Source: a virus. Taken from it: a DNA stretch of 64,000 nucleotides. The stretch is taken from the IMG/VR virus record IMGVR_UViG_3300027734_000042; one strand, given 5' to 3'. The position numbers and the translations under genes are program-made. The number at the start of each line of letters is the position of its first letter. Within the stretch, counting starts at the first letter, position 1. The notes beneath the pieces are model-generated. The model did not search any database. It was not told where the DNA came from and saw only the letters and a program-made list of their open reading frames with translations. Positions 57,957-64,000 of this stretch are shown in pieces.

Positions 57957-60812
57957 ATGCCACAGATTAACATATTAAACGTACTCCAAGGAGATAATCA
58001 ATCGACAATAGTTGATAAACTCAACTATAACTTTGATCAGATCCTAAGCGCAGGAGGAGGTCCTCAAGGACAAAGAGGTATTGATGGACCAACAGGACCT
58101 ATTGGACCACAAGGACCAATAGGAGTACAGGGATCACAAGGACCTTCAGGTACGAAATGGTTCGTACAAGAAACATCTCCTGCTTCCGGAGGTATTACTG
58201 GATCTAATCCTTGGCAATTTCCTACACTTGGAGATTATTGGATGGATCCGGATTCAGCAAATCAGGACATATACGTTTTTACTGCAACAGGATGGACTAA
58301 CACAGGATACGGATTATCCTCTGGCGATTTATTTCAGAAAGTTACTCCTATTAATGTTAGTGGAGGTGGAACAGGACAAGGTATATTAATATCAGGAACA
58401 GCTTCTAACCAGTCCCTAGTTTTATCTGATAACTCTGTTACAGAGTATACTCCTGGTGGATCTGGTATACCGAACATCAATTACGAAAATGCAAAATTAA
58501 AAATTGCAACTGAAAACTCAAGAACTAAGATATTAAGTTTCGGTAGAGCAGATTTTGATCTTACAACGAGTGGATCGGGAACAACAGGGAATCAAAGAAA
58601 TCCTTCCATAGATTGGGATTCTTCAGCTTCTGGATCTAGTTATTATGATATCTCTTTTAGAAATCCAGGGGGAGAAATTACGATTTCATCTTTAGCGGCT
58701 ACATCTTCTGGTGGTGTTAATATACTTGCAAAGGGAGATATTGTCAATCTATCTTATGAATCCGATGTTAGACTAAGTACTTCTTCTGTTTTTAAAGGTA
58801 CTTTTGTAAATGCTGCATCTAAAGGCGGATTCTTAGAATTTAATCCTACGGGTCCTTCAAATCAACAATTTGCTCCACTATTTGCAACAGTCAACGGCTT
58901 AGGTATAGGCTTAGGAACGGGACAATTCCTACAATCGGGTGATAGTTCCAGGAGATTAGCAGTGTACGGAAACGTAAGTATTTCTAAGACCGTATCTAAA
59001 CACACTGGAGCAATATTTACAGGAGATGCTTTAGCCCCGCTAAATAATAATAAAGGCGTTTTATTCGTTGAAGGATACGGAGCTTTTGGAAACGGTGATC
59101 CTAGATACACACAATCAGGAACTCCTTTCGCTACAACTGGACCAGCAGAAGCACAAGGAAGATTTCCACAGCTTTGGGTTACTTCACCTAACTACGGTCC
59201 AGGCTTACAAATAAAAACATTAGGAAATTCCACATATACATCGCGTACTGTTATAGGTGATGGTGTATTTGATTATAATGCAGCAGGTGGTTTAAACGGG
59301 GTTGCTGGTACGGGATCTGATATCACTCAAGAATTTTATGTAAGTTCACATAATTTTGCTGCTAATGCCCCTATAATGAGCTATCAGCATAAGGTTTCTG
59401 ATGCTTCTAATACAACCGGAAGTGCACCGGTATTTGCTATAACTACATACTCTAATTCCGGTGTTTATAATAACAATACATCGGTACAGAAGACAGTAAT
59501 ACAAACTAGAAATTCCAATTCTTCATTAATATTACAAGCTAATTCTACAGGACAGCCTGATCTTAATAATGTTTCATTAGGAGCAAGAGGAAATTCTATG
59601 GTTTCCGTTTATGGTGGTCCTACAGGAGCTACTATAGCATATGGTACAGTATCTATTGGATACACGTCTAATTCTTTCAAAGGAACTACTGGCTCTATAA
59701 GTACAATAGGAAATTTCGATCAATTATTTGGATTACCTTCGTCGCTTAAGCCACAAATTTACCCGAATCATGCTCTTAGCATTGGTGGGGTTCAGACAAT
59801 AGGAACTACAGATCCTAATTCTTTATTTACTTCATCCAACAACCAAGTGAGTTCGGTTGGTGCAGCTTCTATGCTAAAGATTCATAGGAATTTAAGTACA
59901 ACTTACACTACTACTGGTACTGGTACTTATATAGGATCAGCTAAAGGGGTCAATCCTATAAATAACAATTATCCAAACGGATTAGAAATAACTTCATATA
60001 TACCGAATTCTCATAGTGCATCATCTGTGTCAGGTAATAGATCGGTAGCTTTAGCCATAGGTGCGGCAACTAGTGTTGCTAGCTCTACTGGAGCTAAGCT
60101 ATACGCTAACACCACAGGTTTCTTTGTTTCTGATACTGGCGAGAGTGTTTCTATAGGTACAGCTCCAGATTACAGTACTGCATTAAATGTATCTGGTGCA
60201 GCTGGGGATTCTGCTATTAAAGCTAAAGGAGATGTTACTATTACTGGAAGTATTAATACAACAGGGGCAACCGGGGAAATAAAAGCAGTAGGAATAGTTA
60301 GAACCGATGAAGATTTTACAACTGGAACTGACACACCAGGATGGACAGATATTGTTCTAGTAAATAGTGATCTTGCATACTCAATAGGAGGTAACCCATA
60401 TAAGCCTAATTGTACACTTAACGGAGCTAAAGTATTATCATATAAAGTAATAGGAAAAACAGTCTATTTAAGTTTTAATATAACAAGTACGAACACCAGC
60501 GACGCAAACATAGGAGCTTTTTATTTAAAACTACCGACTGCAATAAATCCTGAGGTTGTAAAGAGTATATCTAGATTTATTGGTAACGGATTTTACAATA
60601 ACCAGGCAAACCCCAGTAATGGTGTTGGAACTAGCAGTCCCTTAGGTAGGAGCGGTATCATCTTAACATTAACATCGGGAAGTGCTATAGGTGGTACTGC
60701 GCCAACCAGTAATTACTTTTTATCTATGATTCCCCCCACGTATAATAATTTTGATTGTGCTGGCTCTAATAATGTTACACTAAAAGGAACAATTTATTAC
60801 GAATTACCTTAA
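57957..60812 (+). CDS. tail fibre / receptor-binding protein with collagen-like segment
   Basis: GDNQSTIVDKLNYNF N-terminus, GXY x10, C-terminal YKVIGKTVYLSF...LKLP...GTIYYE head domain. Confidence 0.8.
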   Translation: MPQINILNVLQGDNQSTIVDKLNYNFDQILSAGGGPQGQRGIDGPTGPIGPQGPIGVQGSQGPSGTKWFVQETSPASGGITGSNPWQFPTLGDYWMDPDSANQDIYVFTATGWTNTGYGLSSGDLFQKVTPINVSGGGTGQGILISGTASNQSLVLSDNSVTEYTPGGSGIPNINYENAKLKIATENSRTKILSFGRADFDLTTSGSGTTGNQRNPSIDWDSSASGSSYYDISFRNPGGEITISSLAATSSGGVNILAKGDIVNLSYESDVRLSTSSVFKGTFVNAASKGGFLEFNPTGPSNQQFAPLFATVNGLGIGLGTGQFLQSGDSSRRLAVYGNVSISKTVSKHTGAIFTGDALAPLNNNKGVLFVEGYGAFGNGDPRYTQSGTPFATTGPAEAQGRFPQLWVTSPNYGPGLQIKTLGNSTYTSRTVIGDGVFDYNAAGGLNGVAGTGSDITQEFYVSSHNFAANAPIMSYQHKVSDASNTTGSAPVFAITTYSNSGVYNNNTSVQKTVIQTRNSNSSLILQANSTGQPDLNNVSLGARGNSMVSVYGGPTGATIAYGTVSIGYTSNSFKGTTGSISTIGNFDQLFGLPSSLKPQIYPNHALSIGGVQTIGTTDPNSLFTSSNNQVSSVGAASMLKIHRNLSTTYTTTGTGTYIGSAKGVNPINNNYPNGLEITSYIPNSHSASSVSGNRSVALAIGAATSVASSTGAKLYANTTGFFVSDTGESVSIGTAPDYSTALNVSGAAGDSAIKAKGDVTITGSINTTGATGEIKAVGIVRTDEDFTTGTDTPGWTDIVLVNSDLAYSIGGNPYKPNCTLNGAKVLSYKVIGKTVYLSFNITSTNTSDANIGAFYLKLPTAINPEVVKSISRFIGNGFYNNQANPSNGVGTSSPLGRSGIILTLTSGSAIGGTAPTSNYFLSMIPPTYNNFDCAGSNNVTLKGTIYYELP
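58059..58151 (+). repeat. collagen-like (Gly-X-Y)10
   Basis: GPQGQRGIDGPTGPIGPQGPIGVQGSQGPSG. Confidence 0.9.
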
Positions 60813-60814
60813 TC

Positions 60815-61027
60815 ATGGAGAAAAATAAAGACTGGTTCATAAACGAGTATTCTGAAATACACGATAATCTATCTAAGCTAGAAGTTGAAATAGATGAGCA
60901 TATTAAAAATAAAATATATCTTTTAGATAAGGGAGAAGTTCTAGAAGAACTTAAGAAAAGAGCTCAGGGAGAAATTGAGAGACTAAATAAAACAAGAGAA
61001 AATGAAAGAAGAATCTTTAATCAGTAG
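60815..61027 (+). CDS. small coiled-coil hypothetical protein
   Basis: 70 aa, charged helical; directly after fibre gene (possible chaperone). Confidence 0.55.
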   Translation: MEKNKDWFINEYSEIHDNLSKLEVEIDEHIKNKIYLLDKGEVLEELKKRAQGEIERLNKTRENERRIFNQ

Positions 61028-61799
61028 AATTTTAAAAAGAAAAGATATAATCTTAGTTGGAATCATAGCTGTTATCCTATTAATGATGCTTAAGGAGTGT
61101 AATAACGCTTCTAATCTAAAAAAACAATTAGAGATCCAGGATATGAATTTGGATGCGTTAAACGACACTGTACGACTCCAAAAGAATAAAGAAGGTGAAG
61201 ACACTTACGTAAGAAAAACACTTCTTGCAACAAGAGATAATCTAGAGAAACTAAATAAGAATCTCGCTGACGAATTAAAAAAAGTTAAAGGACAGGTACT
61301 CGTTTTACAAAGCGTTGAGACTGTGATCAAAACAGATACGCAATATGTTAACAATTATCTCACTGTTTACGAGGACGGAAGCTATAGTTTGGATTGGAAA
61401 TTTGATTCAACATTTTCTGAAAATAACTACAGAAAATTCGCAGGAAATAGCTTCTTTAAAATAGATTCAATAACTCATAAGGTAACTCCTGGAGCTACTA
61501 GAATAAATCAGGACGAATTAGGATTCTCATTTATAACTGGAATTAGAGAAAAAGATAAAGCATTGGAGATATTTGTAACACCAAAATATCCAGGAATGAA
61601 AATTACTGAGATAGAAGGAGCAATTATAGATCCTCACAAATCTGATGTTCTAAAAAGTATGTTTCCTGATAAGAAATTTTCTTTTGGTCCATACGTAGGA
61701 GTTGGTATAGGATCAGGCTATGGAATAAACGGAAGTCCTATTACAGGAGCTATGTTTAATATTGGATTCTCCCTACAGTATTCCTTGTTTAAATTTTAA
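61002..61799 (+). CDS. membrane-anchored coiled-coil protein, candidate spanin-like lysis protein
   Basis: N-terminal TM IILVGIIAVILLMML, coiled coil, C-terminal amphipathic beta-strands ending YSLFKF. Confidence 0.55.
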   Translation: MKEESLISRILKRKDIILVGIIAVILLMMLKECNNASNLKKQLEIQDMNLDALNDTVRLQKNKEGEDTYVRKTLLATRDNLEKLNKNLADELKKVKGQVLVLQSVETVIKTDTQYVNNYLTVYEDGSYSLDWKFDSTFSENNYRKFAGNSFFKIDSITHKVTPGATRINQDELGFSFITGIREKDKALEIFVTPKYPGMKITEIEGAIIDPHKSDVLKSMFPDKKFSFGPYVGVGIGSGYGINGSPITGAMFNIGFSLQYSLFKF

Positions 61800-61813
61800 G
61801 GAGATATAATAAG

Positions 61814-61823
61814 GAATATATAA
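61814..61823 (+). promoter_or_regulatory. putative late promoter GAATATATAA
   Basis: 3 nt upstream of ATG 61827. Confidence 0.5.
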
Positions 61824-61826
61824 GGC

Positions 61827-64000
61827 ATGGCTAGTTACACATCAACACAAAGGTTCGTTAAGTTAACAGATTACTTGTTACTGGAGTACGATTATACTAC
61901 TGCTCCAAACCCTGAACAGTATTATGTTAACACTGGAACTCCTGCTGTTGGCTTTGAAAAAATAATAAATGGATATTTTGATAATTCCGTTCAGATACTA
62001 AACAACCCAGCATCAGAAGCAACAACTCATAACGTAAGGGATCTCAGTGTTGTACAAACTGATAAGAATAGATTTGTAACTTTAGATATGGACTACCTTG
62101 TCCAGTATCTGGATACAGATCCTAAATTAACATCAGTTTCAAATCTACCTGTGGTATTCCCTTCTAATATAGGTGTTTACTATGACAGTGTAAAATTTCA
62201 TATTATTTCCGGATATAACTTCGATAATATCGATGGTGTTATACTCCAGGTTAAATTTCAGGAAAGAACAGGTAAAAAAGCAACGGTTTTACAATTAATA
62301 ATAACTAATGCAGATGTTACATTACCTGTACTAAACCCTAACCCTATTTATTTAGGCGGTGCTTTGTACGATCATTATATAGAGGCTAAGATACCTGCTT
62401 TTGCAAATATGGTATACGAGTTTGATATTCTTGCAGGTACACCAGCACAAGCTAACACTTTAAGTGCTAAGATTTCTTCTGATGGTAAAGGATTTTTAAA
62501 AGACGCACCCGTAGAGTTTACAGTATTTGAAATAAATCAAACTGTACTTAAGAATGGCTATCAAAATTATATAGCTCAGACAAGATCACAACTTGGTATA
62601 TTTCCTAGGGACAACTATTCTTCTTTAGCTGCAGTAATACAACAGAACTCATTCTATAATTATCTTGAATATTATCCAACTTGGGACGGTAACTTCCTGG
62701 AGGACTTCTTAACAGGGGAAGGAAAAGTTGGTGTAACATATTATGTTGTTAATGAGATAGAGGTAAAAGAACAAGTTGGTTTAACTTATATTACCACTTA
62801 CAATTTTACAAACACACAAACACAAGATTTTAATGCTCCTTACATATTTAGACCTGTAATAGTAAATCCTTTATCAACATCTTTTGTTGTTAATTACACT
62901 ATGAGATTAGTAAACAAAACTAATCAGAATCAGATTATCAGGAGATCTTCTTTTAGCTCTTTGGATGTTAATAAATTTGGTAGAGAAAACAACGTAATAA
63001 CATTAACTACTGGAGCTTATGCTCAGAAGGTTTACAATAAAGTTGTACAAGCGCCTAATATCATATCTCCCGTTGGAGTTAGCCCTACTGTTGCTGCTCC
63101 TATAGAGAGAAAGGTACCTGTTTTTTATAAGGATAATAATATATCGGTAACTCAAGAGAATATCACAATAGATAAGGACGGGAACGTGGTATCTGAAACA
63201 TCATCTCCTTCTTCTGCCACAGTTTATGGACAAGGAAAAGCTAAGATATTAATCGATCCTTTTGATAATTTTTACAAATTCACGGTTTATCTTTTAAGAG
63301 ATGGAACAACTCTAGAGATATTAGATCTAGGTACATCACTCACTTATTACATGGTCTTTATTGATAATTCTGGACAGGAAGTTAGAATAGAAAATATAAA
63401 GAATAAAACTAATATTTCAAATCCTTCAGCTGGTCAAGTTGCTTTTAAATTAGTTGATACAAATTCTAAGAAAGTTTTAGGATTTTCTTCTAGGAGTTTT
63501 TATATAATTTCTAGAACACCTGATGGAATAGAGACTAAGTTATATTCGGGAACATGGCAAAATCAAGCAGAATTTTCTGCTAGTGTATCCTCATCAGGAA
63601 CTACAGGTTCTGCTGGAACTGCTGGAACTGCAGGAACAGGGGGAGTGGCTGCATCAACTACAACAGTTACTGCTACATCAACTACAGGAACAGCAACAAC
63701 TACTACCGGATCTCAAGTCACATCAAAGGTTCCTTTGACTAGAGTAATTAGACCTATTAGACCTTATGTTTTAGGAAGCAGTTCTATACTCAGTGTTAAA
63801 CCAACTTCAGAAGTTAACACGACAGGAGGATACGTTAATACAAAGAATTCTAATAATGTAAATGCTTCAAATACTAAATCTAGCACACAATCTAATAACA
63901 TAGATATTGCATCACTTGCGGATTCTATATCTGGTAAGGAAGCACAGGGATTAAATGTACAGAAGGTAGTTAACTATTATTTCACTCCAGGAGCACCTGG
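61827..64000 (+). CDS. putative virion structural protein (partial, runs off right edge)
   Basis: Not in ORF track; MASYTSTQRFVKLTDYLLLEY... same frame reads ...VVNYYFTPGAP at the window end; S/T/G-rich linker near 63580-63720. Confidence 0.75.
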   Translation, partial: MASYTSTQRFVKLTDYLLLEYDYTTAPNPEQYYVNTGTPAVGFEKIINGYFDNSVQILNNPASEATTHNVRDLSVVQTDKNRFVTLDMDYLVQYLDTDPKLTSVSNLPVVFPSNIGVYYDSVKFHIISGYNFDNIDGVILQVKFQERTGKKATVLQLIITNADVTLPVLNPNPIYLGGALYDHYIEAKIPAFANMVYEFDILAGTPAQANTLSAKISSDGKGFLKDAPVEFTVFEINQTVLKNGYQNYIAQTRSQLGIFPRDNYSSLAAVIQQNSFYNYLEYYPTWDGNFLEDFLTGEGKVGVTYYVVNEIEVKEQVGLTYITTYNFTNTQTQDFNAPYIFRPVIVNPLSTSFVVNYTMRLVNKTNQNQIIRRSSFSSLDVNKFGRENNVITLTTGAYAQKVYNKVVQAPNIISPVGVSPTVAAPIERKVPVFYKDNNISVTQENITIDKDGNVVSETSSPSSATVYGQGKAKILIDPFDNFYKFTVYLLRDGTTLEILDLGTSLTYYMVFIDNSGQEVRIENIKNKTNISNPSAGQVAFKLVDTNSKKVLGFSSRSFYIISRTPDGIETKLYSGTWQNQAEFSASVSSSGTTGSAGTAGTAGTGGVAASTTTVTATSTTGTATTTTGSQVTSKVPLTRVIRPIRPYVLGSSSILSVKPTSEVNTTGGYVNTKNSNNVNASNTKSSTQSNNIDIASLADSISGKEAQGLNVQKVVNYYFTPGAP

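Noticed and set aside
60480-60760. Slightly GC-richer 3' end of the tail fibre gene as a second DGR target
   Set aside because: Signal is weak, no template repeat is visible, and ordinary receptor-domain swapping explains it
787-61204. Numerous short alternative-frame or antisense ORFs in the track (e.g. 787..993, 1862..2149, 26867..27268, 30982..31341, 45324..45713)
   Set aside because: They lie within longer genes with recognisable motifs and look like antisense shadows, with no independent motifs

Overview
AT-rich (roughly 30% GC), densely coding segment of a large T4-like myovirus (jumbo-phage) genome using the standard genetic code. The host is probably Bacteroidota: Shine-Dalgarno motifs are essentially absent, translation starts are A-rich, and Bacteroidota-type propeller domains are present. 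Layout: (1) 1-3057, small genes, five of them with a T4 capsid-targeting-like N-terminus, including a highly acidic repeat protein. (2) 3211-17940, a 20-gene co-oriented glycan locus with about 8 glycosyltransferases (GT2/GT7-like, GT25, GT11, GT10), gmd, kdsD-kdsA, a short DegT aminotransferase, FabH, SDR, cupin, hexapeptide acyltransferase, SGNH, Fe/2OG dioxygenase and methyltransferase. (3) 17974-19819, small genes including a NUDIX hydrolase. (4) 19842-64000, a tail/baseplate/neck module (gp53/LysM-like, hub, gp5-OB spike, gp13, gp25, gp6, a 2260-aa wedge/propeller protein, very large virion proteins, a collagen tail fibre, a candidate spanin), interrupted by a ribosomal protein S1 homologue, a degenerate amidoligase and an inverted phoH. 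Two recurring promoter-like motifs are visible: a TATATA late-type box and GAAAY-N16/17-CTAYAA. The most interesting hypothesis is a phage-encoded virion glycosylation system (Kdo, fucose-type and N-acyl amino sugar building blocks) acting on recurrent [ST]-G / S-P motifs in the structural proteins. There is also a 135-bp codon-anomalous patch in the largest tail gene that resembles a DGR variable region. All functional calls are from motif recognition by eye; no searches were run.
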